Assembly: GCA_049999805.1 (NCBI GenBank)
Contig: JBNGIO010006211.1
Location: 1-64,000 of the forward strand
Reading direction: 5' to 3'
Source of the DNA: Folioceros fuciformis
Lineage: Eukaryota
Length of the DNA: 64,000 bases
The notes under the pieces are model-generated. The model saw nothing but the letters and a program-made list of their open reading frames with translations. It was not told where the DNA came from and made no database searches. Both the position numbers and the translations under genes were made by a program. Below are positions 48,605 through 60,200 of this stretch, in pieces; position 1 is the stretch's first letter, and each line of letters begins with the position of its first letter.

Positions 48605-50604
48605 GTCTCGCAGGGTGTGCTGCCAACTTTTATGGTTGCAGGTGTCCTGAGCTTTGACTGCCAGTTTAGTAGGCGTTCTGAACTGTTGTGAAGGACGTGT
48701 CGGCTTGTTGCAAAGGCACGTAGGCTAAGCAAAAAGCCGATAGGCTAGCAAATGTGTACACTGGATGACAAGGCAGGGTGCGAGCATTATTTGTGTGGAG
48801 AAACTCCAACTACTCTTATCTTCATCATGCACACCCTCAAGGAGCCGCTAAACCTGCAGAAGCAAGGTGTAAGCTTTTCAAGGGAATTGCGAATGCATGT
48901 GCTTGACGATTCTCAACCTCGCGTGATCTATCTTCGGAACGTACATCTCTACAATTGACATGGATGTTAAATTTTTCTTCCAACTTGTGAGCACTGTCGC
49001 TTGCATTACCTTATTAGGACGTCGTGCAGCTCGAACGAGACAAGCAGGTGTGTGCGTTGCCGCTTGTAGGGCAGCAGACAGAACCACTACGCTGTCACCC
49101 TAAGTTAAGTGGCCATCTAAGCAACCTGAAGTTCGGCTTTCGATAAAAGCTTATATTGTTTGTGCAAGATTCGCCACTGAGGGAGGATTCTTGAAAGTTT
49201 ATATTACACAGTTGTGCTTGTATTAAAATACACTCTCAGATTCCATCCCTCCAGTTGATTTGCACCCATAGGAAATTCGATTCACACTTCCTCCTCGTTT
49301 GGGGTGGATGGGTTATTTCACTTCTCTTTAACAGAGTCTCCCAGGTGCAAGCAAATGCCCAGGCAGCAAGAAGGTTCTTCAGAAAACCGCTCAACAGTGT
49401 GCAGAACAAAATTTAAATGCCAGGATAGGTGGTGGCCAAGATAGTAAGGGCCGGACCTCCTGCTGCTGGTGATTCGTCGTAGCCGTTCAGCCAGGAAATA
49501 CTTGGTCCGGAAGGTGGGTGATTCCAGCCTGGAGTCTTGGATCACCCACGAGCAACAGGTTGTAAAGACCTTTGCCCAAATCAAGGGATTGTAATGCCGA
49601 ATCAATTTGTGCTTCGTAGGTCTCTCTCCCCTGGTGGATCTAGCTTTTTGAGGCAAACACTGTCAGGATAAATTGAATCAACATGTTTGATGGTGCCCGT
49701 TTCTGGTTGTTTTCTCTCTGGTCCGAAAAAAGATAGGCTTAATGTGCTAAGAGCTTCTTCAACAAACAAATGGATTGAAGACGTTGGTTCTTCATAAGCT
49801 GAATCCTGGAGTGACCGAGCTGGCTGGACCTCAGAACTAAAGGAGCATTGTTCTCTTCCTCATCTTCAGCCTCAGATCCTGAGCTGGAGGACAGGGGCCG
49901 GGCCTTTGTCGTTCAACGAGTCGAATTGTTCTCGTCCTCTAGGTCTTGAGGAACTTGATAATTCTTGCTTGCTTCACAGCAGCCTGCTGCAAATCTGCCA
50001 TTTGCTGGGTAGCTCCTTGAAGTCCCAGAATGAGCGCGTTTGATCTCCTAAGCAGCTCGTCATGCGCTCAGGCTACCCTGGACTGTCAACAACGGATGTG
50101 CGCTATGACAAGCACGTTGCACCGTCCTTCCGACCATAAAGCGATGCATGGCTTGCTCTCAGCGTCCAGAGCACTTGTGACATATTCTCTACAGCCTTCT
50201 CATGGCCTTGATTTGTGAGTTCGACGTGTGTGCCTTTTCAGTTTTCATGCCTACTGATGGCACATACCTGTGCAAGAGTTGGAAACAAGCTTTTCTTTCA
50301 CAAAACAGAGGCTTGCCTCGATCGCTATGTATGTGTCAGAGCTGGAAGGGCTTGGCACAGCGTGAGGTGCGACCTCAGGGCTTGAGTTTGCGTTCTTCCA
50401 ACTTTGAAGGTTAATACTTGAATGACGCAAGATCGCAAGAGAAGAAGAGTATAAACTACTCAACCCTAACAAGCCATAAGCAACTTCTGTCTATGAAAAC
50501 ATCTTCTACTGTCATGTGTATTGTGCCTTTCTTCCAGCAACAAGTGTCCAATCACCCAACGCTAGTCAACATAACATCAGACGATAGGATGCACAAGCCT
50601 AGTT

Positions 50605-52030
50605 AAAGTGACATCTTTGGCACCCGTTGCTAAGTACACCCTTTCATATTCTGAACTCTAGCAACATCTCTGAACACCAGTGGCCAGTTTGCGGCTTTCA
50701 TATTCCCAACTAGGGCATGTTCCAAATTAGGGCGACATCTTTGACACCAATTGGCAATACGCCCTTCCATATTTTAGACTCCAGCTACCTCATTTGCCAC
50801 CAATGGTGAGTACGCCATCCTCATGACAACTAAAAGTATAAGGAAGGTGACATCTTCCACGAATTACCATCTTTGCTACCACTAGCTAGTACACCCTTTC
50901 ACACCAATTAATTGTACGCCCTCCACATGACAACAAGCTAGTACACCCTTGCACACCAATTAATTGTACACCCTCCACATGACAACGAAAACCATAAGGA
51001 AGACGACATCTTCCACGCATTAACATTTTTGCCACCGTTTGGCCAGCACACCCTTTCATATTCAAGACTCTAGCTACATCTTCCCCACTAGTGGTGAGTA
51101 CGCCTTGCCCATGATGACAAAAAGCTAGCACAATGAAGGCGACATCTTCTACAACGGTGGTCAAAACACTCCTTCATATTCCAAACCCATGCTCCATCTT
51201 TTGCACTAGTGGTCAGTGTACTCCCTTTCATATTCCAGACCTAGGCTTAATCTTTTGCGCCATGTGTCAGTATTCCAGTGTCAGCATCTACAAGGCTTGC
51301 ACAATATGCCCCATCCACATCACATACACAATTTGTCCCGTCAACATCTTGAAGGCTTGCACAATATGCCCCATCCACATTACTTACACAATTTGGCCCA
51401 TCAACATCTGTAAGGCTTGCAAAATATGCTCTGTCAACATCTCTAAGGCTTGCACAATACGCCCTGTCAACATCTCTAAGGCTTGCACAATACGCCCTGT
51501 CAACATCTCTAAGGCTTGCACAATATGTTCCATTAACAGCTCCAAGGCTTGCATAATATGTTCCATCAACATCTCGAAGGCTTGCACCATACGCCCCGTC
51601 AACATCTCTAAGGCTTGCACAATACACCCCTTCATAAGGCTTGCACAATACACCCCTTCATAAGGCTTGCACAATACACCCTTTCATATTCTAGGTCCAG
51701 ACTTTGTGGTCAATACTCCATGAAAAGCTTGTGCAACAAATGTCCTTTCAAATTTGATACGCCCTTTCATATTTCAGACCAAGGCTCCATCTTTTCCAAC
51801 AATGGTGTGAGTATGTCCTTTCATATTCCTGACCTAGGCTTCATTTTGGCACCAATTGTCAATGTACAATACTTTAGTGACATATCAAGGACTTGCTTCA
51901 CTTGTGGCACCATGTGTCAATAGTACAATACTCTAGACATCTCGAAGACTTGCACAGCACCCATGCCCTTTCATAATCCAAACTGAGACTCCAAAGTGAG
52001 TACTCAAGCGACATTTTTTGCAATAGCAGT
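50605..52030. repeat. Complex satellite tract related to 38385-39830, with 33-bp and 26-bp expansions
   Basis: Same start motif (GTGRCATCTTTGGCACC..TTGCTAAGTACA). AAGGCTTGCACAATACGCCCTGTCAACATCTCT repeats at ~51290-51680. Confidence 0.85.
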
Positions 52031-52183
52031 CAATACTACCTTTCATGTGCATAAGCTTCCCATCAAACGCTCCGAAACGATTTGTTAAATATTGGATCCT
52101 AATTAAGTAAGTTTGCACGGTGAATTGCTCGGGAAGAATCTGGGAAGGACCGCTCGGCCAGCTCACGCAGTGTGGGAAAACGA

Positions 52184-52563
52184 TTTTTTCATGGTTCGCG
52201 CGCTCACTGTTGTTTACCTCTAACCTGGGAGGCATGAACTTTGACAAGCTGCTGTGTTTCGCATTCTAATTCGTTGTTGTGCCACCGTGGGATGTGGGGT
52301 GCCCCGGCTGTTGTAACAACATGTACGTCCATATGCACGCCTAACCTGCTTCGGGTTATCCTGCCTTGGTTCCGTGATCTGATTGGAATTGGCTACTCCC
52401 CGGCAGTTGTTATTTGCTCTGCTGCAGCGCTCCGGTCTTCAGCCACGCGACGACAGTGGTTACAGCACAGATCCTGCGGATCCGTGCTTTGCCATCCTAT
52501 CGCTAGGGTTTAGGGTTTGCTCGCCTAACCAAAGGATTCTCCAACAGGAGGAAGGTTGAATAA
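52184..52563 (+). pseudogene. RPS27: 5'-truncated RPS27 pseudogene (end of exon 2, introns, exons 3-4)
   Basis: Colinear with 46621-46990. Acceptor lost (GTGG GATGTG), substitutions and indels, telomeric patch in exon 4. Confidence 0.85.
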
Positions 52564-53965
52564 ATTCTTATGGCTACCTACAATGGGACCCTATCCGTTT
52601 GTCGGAGAGGGCATTATGTAGCGGGATGAAGCAGTGTGAATGGCCTACTGTAGGCGTCGGGAATCAAATTTTGAGAGGTGTGCTTCGGTTTTCTTGGAAG
52701 GTTCAGTTGTATGCCCTAGTAGTCAGACCAAGGGGGTTCCATGTTAGTCACGAACCTGATCAGGCGTAGAGTGCTCACCCTTGTGGCAAAAGGGCAATGT
52801 TATGACGGACCTCGCCATCCTGGCACGACCTGTGCCGTCTGTAATTACACGCCGACGTTCGATTACTCTTTGGCTAAGTTAGCCGGAGGGCTACAATTGG
52901 AGAAGGGGCAGCCGTGAAAAAAGGTCCCCGAAACCAAAGGTAAACATTTGTGCTTTGGGACAAGGACATCACGGCAGACAACGGCAACCGAGGCTGCGTC
53001 CGCATTGGCAGCCAGGCAACCGGAACCTATCCGCAGGCAGGCCTTCACGATCGATTTCTCCTTGCTGCGGATTCCGATTCCACCAACATCTTGTTTGTCG
53101 ATTGCAGCGCCGGGTACGTGCAAGTCCAGGGTTGTTCGCGATTGAAATGCTCTGACTGCTGGGTATGCACAACACAGATTTTGATGAGGACCAAGGGAGG
53201 GAGCAGGAGAGGCTGATTCGACCTGACCATGCTAGTTCTGCTCTCCCTCTGAAGCCCCGTGCCTTACTGAAGGGTGGGCCAGCTGCACTGACGAGCATTT
53301 CAGGAAGCTGGCAGAGTGTCGACTTTTCTCGGTACGAGGGACACATGGAATGCCATGAGTATTCGAAGTAGGGCCTCCACTATAGCCCACGTCCCAGGGA
53401 GCCATCTCTATTGACAATGAAGTGCAAGAATGTAGCGAGGCTGCACCCCATTCAGTCACAGTTCCGCACTAGGAATTGGGGCATGGAGCAACCGCGCGAG
53501 AGAACAATGGTCGCATTCCGTGTCCTTGACCGATACATCTTTTCGAATATCATAGCATCTTGATGACTTATTACAACCAACCTGAATTTAGAGTATTAAT
53601 CTCAACGGGGTAAGGTAATGTTAGGCGAGCTTCGGTATCCTCAACTTGAGCTACATACTCGTGTTCAATAATAGCAAAGGAGCTCTCTCTCTCTCGTTAA
53701 AACCCTATTAAAATTAAATTCTTAAGAATAATTTTAAAATAATATAATTATAATAAGTTACATTCAAACTCGACAGCGGACATAACTCACAATCGTTGCT
53801 TATAAATGGGCTGGCTTGGTTCATACATAGGAAGTATTTTAAAGTGGGTGAGCCTAAAGCCACACTCAAGTGCATTGGTATTTACCATTGAGCCCACAAT
53901 GACACTCATGTGCATTGGGGTATTCGCCAATGAGCCCGAAGCAACACTCAAATGCTATTGGCATT

Positions 53966-54092
53966 TGCCATGTGTGTGCCATGTTATGTGCTATTGCTAT
54001 TCACTATGTGTGTGCCAATAACATGGCTGGTTCAGCCATGTGTGTGCCATTAACATGGCTGGTTCAGCCATGTGTGTGCAGCTAACATGGCT
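53966..54092. repeat. 32-bp tandem repeat with internal inverted repeat
   Basis: GCCATGTGTGTGCCATTAACATGGCTGGTTCA x~3; AGCCATGT and ACATGGCT are self-complementary. Confidence 0.8.
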
Positions 54093-54380
54093 ATTTCAAA
54101 TGAGTTGAGATAAGATGGGCTAGAGAAGAGGACTTACCCCCATAAATTTATCTTTTTCAAGTTATAGCAAAATAAAAATAAAAATTCAATCTCCGACTAC
54201 CTAGTATAAGTGGTATGAGGCAAACCTTTTTAGGAGGGCTGAAATGGCATTTGCATGATCATTTCTTAAGCTTCTTGTCCTGTCCAACAAAGGCGGACTT
54301 ATGGGCTGGGAGGAGCTATGGAATGTTGCATACAATGAATTCCCTACCAAAGACTTTATAGTTTAGCAGCACAAATTGAA

Positions 54381-54520
54381 AATTGTCTTCTCCAAGATGA
54401 ATGAAGTGAAGAATTATCTTCTCCAAGATGAATGAAGTGAAGAATTGTCTTCTCCAAGATGAANNNNNNNNNNTGAATGAAGTGAAGAATTGTCTTCTCC
54501 AAGATGAATGAAGTGAAGAA
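54381..54520. repeat. 31-bp tandem repeat spanning N-gap 54464-54473
   Basis: AATTGTCTTCTCCAAGATGAATGAAGTGAAG x4 or more. Confidence 0.9.
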
Positions 54521-54529
54521 AGCTCTAGT

Positions 54530-56250
54530 CGATACACCTAATGGAGAAACCCTAGGTCCATATGGCCTTTCCAAAGAGTTTTTTTATTCGGGGGAGCAAA
54601 TTCCTATGTGATCTTCCAATGTTGACTATGGTAGATATTATTGAAAGAGGTACCTTGGGGGTGAGCGTGAATGAAAGTCTAATCACTCTTCTCCCTTACT
54701 CAAATGCATCTGAGTCCGTGATTGGTATAAGATTAGCTTGGTGAATATCTTATACAAGTTCATTACCAAAACCTTGGCCAATCATCTTTAGCACAAAGCT
54801 ACATGGTTGAATTGGAGCTGGCTAGCGGGGATTTATCAAGTGTAGGTGTACTTTAAGCAATTTGCTTCTGATTAGAGAGGCCACAAGGTGGATTTCTTAG
54901 ACATGCATCTTAGCAATCCTCATCTTACTCAACTTTGTAAAAGAGTGTAATGCAATTGAGTGGTCTTTCTTATTGAAGTATGAACAACAATTCATATGGC
55001 CCTTCCTTTTGTAGATGGATCTTCATCACTACATAAGATGGGAGAGGGAGGGTGGTTGCTAATAATGATGTCATTGTAAGGTTCTGATTGGCAAATCGAC
55101 CGCCTAGGTTGTCCCCTTGCCTTCGCCTTGTTTACCAAATCACAGACTTTCTCGTGTCGAAGATTAACAACTTACAGAATGATATAGGAATCAAGGGATC
55201 CTATGGAAGCGAGCTTCACATTTCTTATTTAGCAAGTGATACATTGTGTGGCTTTTTTTTGTGCTCTCTAACTGTAAGGAAAATTAGGGAAAGACCAAAA
55301 TGTTGTGCCAAGATGTGGAGGTTGATGTGCATGCATTAGGCGAACATTTGACAATGTTCAAGGGCCTAATTCCACAAATATCTTGGAATCTCATTATAGA
55401 GAGAAGATTAGAATGCAATATTTGCAAGTTGAACTTCATATTTTAAAAAATTCATCCATGAAGTCAAGGCTACAACTTAGTATGCCTACCAGAATTATTG
55501 TTCTCTATCATATACGTAACGCTACCTTATGATACTTCATCTTCGTAAGGGTTTCATATACTAACGACATTAATAGGTTTAGGTCACTTATTTAAGGCTC
55601 CTTCATGAAGTCTGAGGCTGAATTTCTTTGAAATCGCCCAAATGATGAGGCTGCCAAAATGAGAAAGGTTGCATGGAAGATTTTGATGAGCCTCAAGTTG
55701 AAGGGGGCTTGAGACTTAGTGATCTATTCTCAAAAAGTAGAACCTACTTACTCAATAGATACTCTAGGCTATCGAGCTTACTGACTTCCTTTAAAAAGGT
55801 TTCCTATCATATAGATTACAAAGTACTNNNNNNNNNNCTGACTTCCTTTAAAAAGGTTTCCTATCATATAGATTACAAAGTACTAAGCTGTCACACATGG
55901 GGGCTCAATATCTTCTCAAAATTTTTGCTCTTTTCATTATATTGGCTACTTCTAAAAGATCCTTATTATGGAATTCCACTGGAGCTAGTTTCTACCAAGT
56001 CTTCAAGTTATGTAATGGTATACTCCCGCATCTAGGATCTATAGAGGATTTGGCCCTCCCTTAACACACCTACATGACATTTGGAAGACTCATAGAGTAG
56101 TCGCAACCAGACGATCTCAACACCTTTGTAATACTAGGTGGCAAGGAATTGTCTCCCTTGTAAATCTTTGGGACCATAGTGCTTGGCCTTGGAAGCATTC
56201 CTAGGCTCTACATTTGCAATACCAAGTGTCATGGAGGTGTGCAAATTTCA
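54530..56250 (+). mobile_element. Decayed L1-type LINE reverse-transcriptase fragment
   Basis: Frameshifted motifs in RT order: PNGETLGPYGLSKEF, NESLITLLP, YKFITKTLANHL, RGFIKCRCTLSNLLLIRE, GCPLA, and late EGGLRL. Confidence 0.75.
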
Positions 56251-57232
56251 TTCTACTTGTTGTGCAAAATGATCTCTTCAATGAAATTCTTGCGCTACTG
56301 CAACCCTAAACTCTACAGAAGCCCTGTAACCAAAAAGTTATGAAATAGGAACAACTTCTCAGCGACAGCTATTTTGAGATTAACTTTCTGAAGAGTTGCT
56401 AACGATCCAAAAGACCGGTGTAGGCAGTTAAAAATGAATAGGTAGTTGCTATAAAGCTACCTATAAGAGGTAGCTAAACATTCTTTCGATAATTCACTGA
56501 AGAGAGCTTTGCGAGAAAAAGCAAGACGATTCAGCATAGATTTGCAAGATGCTAACTGTTTGCAAAGCTTATGGTGAACTGAACATTTGAATCAAAGCTC
56601 TTATGTCACAAAATTGCGTCATGTTTCAATACTTGTGAAGAGATTGCATTAGTGTGGTACAAGATGTAGTCGAACTGACATTATGAACTTGTCAAGTGAT
56701 AACCCTAGAATGCGTGTGTTTTCCCACTCATACTGAGGAAGAAGGGATAGCATAAGTTTTGTTCCCTTTATTAATCTCGTGTGAAGTGAGCCACTAAAGA
56801 GTGGAAAGATGACTAGGAGCCTTGGTTTACGAAACCTGACACTACATGGTACACCAAGAAATTGCCCAACCGCTGACCCTCTATGTCCAGATTCGGTATT
56901 TTTGTGCTTCCACGCATGGGGAGGACGCATGTTTGATATGCTTATTCCGGATCAAGAGGACTATCTCATCTCTATAGAGAAGGCTATTTATCACTATGAA
57001 GATAGTCCACTCATCAAGGACGTAGGAAGCAAAGTCACAAAATCTTTTCTCATTATTTCAACTTCTTGGATGTACAAGCTACTTCTTGATAATTCAACGC
57101 TGTTGGACTACAATCACATTGTAGCGAAGGTTACATTTAGGTCCAGTTTTCACTCTTAGCTTCTCATATTAGTATAAAAAAGTCCAAGAATTTTGAAATG
57201 TCAGAGTATGGTGTTCCAAAATGTAAGGTGCA

Positions 57233-60200
57233 TGAGGGTGCTGGCCAGGAAGTGGGGAGTGAGGGAGGGCAAGAGAGGTACGAGGAGGAGGCGGAGTTTG
57301 TTCTATCCAGTAATCTGGAAAGAGGCCGAGGGGTGGAGGTGAGGGAACTGGTCCCTGCATGGAAGTTCCACACTGCTGGACTCCCCAGTCACCGATTTAA
57401 TAGGGCCGGGCACCCTGTGAATTTGTCCAGTTTGGAGGACAGGTTTTTGCCCGCAAGTGGATCATCAATAGCTTCCCTGACCAGAGATAAACGTGTGAAA
57501 GCCCTCCCAGGCCAGGACATCAAGGCTGGGAGGCAACAACACGTCCACCCCAGTAGGGTGGGTGGACAGCTGCAAGCCCTTTTATAATTGTCTCAGCCCT
57601 CCTGGGAGGCACACTGTTTCCCCTTCCCCGTAGGAGGAGTTTTTTTCCACCCCTTGTGCAGAAGAAGAGCCTGAACCAATCTGGCATGAAGTGCTAGCTG
57701 GTTTCTTGGATGAAGAAGGGGCCATCATAGCCTACAATTCAGAGGACAACAAGCTTGTCCAGCTGATGGCGGCCGGGGAGTGGAGAATTGACTGTACTCA
57801 TTCAACAACTGCGCTCCCATCTAAGGATGAACATCCAGGAGCCCCTAACTTAGTAGGCACGAGGCTGATACATGTGTCTGTGGCTAGGAAGATGAGAGGC
57901 CAGTTCCAATTTCTAGCCTTGGTTTGTCCTCAAGGTGAGGCGGCTCCTGTGACTATTTCCGCAAATCCGTCACAAACGCTAAAGGAGAAGATCGTTAAGA
58001 TGTTGGCAACCGGAGGAGTTCTAATGAACAGAGAGGGGAAGAAAGTGGAATATTATAGTGGTGTGTATCAGTCAGGTGATCATTTTTTTGTCGACATCCA
58101 CCTTAAGGAAGTGACTGCGTCGGCTCTTCCCCTGAAGGCGGAGTGGAGATGGACCTTATCAGCCCCATGGGCTGATGGTCAAGATGGGAAGGCTCTAGTC
58201 TAGGAAGGAAGGGGTGGTGAAGGGGGTGCGCCATACGAAGATGAGGCGGCTACGGAGGTGCGGAAATCAAAGCGGCTACAGCAGAAGTCGCAAGAGCGCA
58301 AGCCAAGTAGTCCTTGTGCAGGCTTGATGCATAGGGGCAACTCTCGTACATCGAAACCTAATGCAGGTAGAAAACTCTTGAGTAAGCAAAACAGCGCCAA
58401 TGGGAATTGACCGATTGGGGAAGTACGAACGAGGGTCTCACCTACGAGTTCTCTCCTGGAATGTGAGAGGGTTAGGAGGTCGGTCGAAATCGGCGTCAAA
58501 ATGCCGGAGGCTGCAGCACTTCTTACAAGAAGAGTTCGCTTGGGATGTGGTGTGTATTCAGGAACACAAGTTGTCGACTGAGCACATTCAGCGAATCAAG
58601 AAGATATTTCTACCAGGTTGAACAGTCTGTGGACGGGCAAGATCTGCAGAAGCAAGAGACAGTTACAACTCCAGTGAATGTGAGTCGGCCACGAGGGGAG
58701 GCGTCCCTATTACAATCCACCCAGAGCAAGCACAAAATGTGTTGGAGACAGGACAGGATGAAGCGGGGAGATTTGTGTGGGTGGTGATACAGACTTCTCA
58801 AGGCCCCCCTAGGCATTCGCAACATCTATGCTCCTAATGAGGCTTCAGAGAGGAGTATACAGTGGGGGAGACTTCAAATACCATGGATGTTGGCGGGGGA
58901 CTTCAATTTTGTCGAAAGGCGAGAGCACATACAAGGGACTAGCGAGGTGGATATTCGGAGGGTGCCTCTATCGTGGCAAGAACTAAGGGACACCAGTTAG
59001 AATGTGCAAGACCCCTGGCTGGCTCTGCCGGCGCATCGTCTACAGGACTCTCTCAGGTTCAGCTAGTCCAATCAGCAGCCGGTAGCTTATGGGGCCCGAA
59101 GATTGGGTAGATTCTATCTCCCCACTGGGTGGCTACCATTCGTGCAGGACTACTGTATTTTGGCTGGTACAGTGCTTTCGGACCACCACCCTATCAACTT
59201 GACCCTGCAGCTATCTCCCGAAGACCTCCGGCACAAAAGGGATAAGAGGGTTTTTCGGATGAATACGTCTCTTCTAGCGGAAGAAGGGGTGTATGAGCGC
59301 GTCAAGGAGCTATGGCAAGGAATAGAGCAAGGAAAGGAGTCGGTTGTGCTATGGCTCATGAGCGCGAACACCGACGCCACCACCTTCTTGAGGAGGCTGG
59401 GCGCGAAGCGCAAAAAAGACAAAGCTCGGATAGAGGACTTCTTGCAGGAGGAATTGGGGTACGTCCAAAGAATGGGGGAAGAGCGTGCGCTGACTTGGGA
59501 AGAGGAAAGCCGACTCCGGGAAATTCAATGCGACCTGGCAAAGCTTGAGGAGGACAGAGCTAGAGGATGGTACAAACGTGCTAAGGTAAAATGGGTGCAA
59601 GAACGTGACTGTCCCTCTAAGTTGTTCTTCGACAAGGTGGCAGCGAATCAGCATAAGTCAAGAATACCTACTCTCCCCGACGCACAAGGTATCAGGCAAG
59701 ACTCCCTTAGTGGTTTGAATTAACTGATCACATGCTTTTACGTAGGGATTTTTGCGAGTCTTGGAAACTGGCAGCCTGGGAGGATCTTTGGAGCCCATCC
59801 TATGGGCAGTTACCTGCTAAAGTGAAAGAGGAGCAACACAATGTTCTTGACAAGCCTATTACTGCTGCGAACGTGGCTCAAGCGCTGAAGGAGATGCCGA
59901 GGAACAAATCTCCAGGGCATGACGGAATCTCGTCCGAATTTCTGGCTTGGGGATGGGAGTTTATGAGTTCACTCTTCATGGAGGTAGTCAATACAATCTG
60001 GGAAGAAGGTAGTATGGGCCCATGGTTTAACCTAGGCCTCATCTCCCTTTTACCTAAACAGGATGCTAGTCTCTCCATTGCTAATTAGCGACCCATCACT
60101 TTGCTTACAACAACTTATAAAGTGATTGCCAAGGTCTTAGCAAACAGGCTCAAGCCATTTCTGGACGAGTGCTTGGAGGTGGAGCAACGGGGTGTCGTCC

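Larger units (their letters stand above)
47483..53130 (+). repeat. Second, decayed unit of a tandem segmental duplication of ~35836-47440
   Basis: Visible alignments: 47483-50008 ~ 35836-38360; satellite 50605-52030 ~ 38385-39830; 52070-52183 ~ 40183-40294; 52184-52705 ~ 46621-47158; 52915-53127 ~ 47235-47442. Confidence 0.88.

Noticed and set aside
55781..55884. Exact 47-bp direct repeat
   Set aside because: The copies flank a 10-N gap (55828-55837), typical of an unmerged contig overlap.
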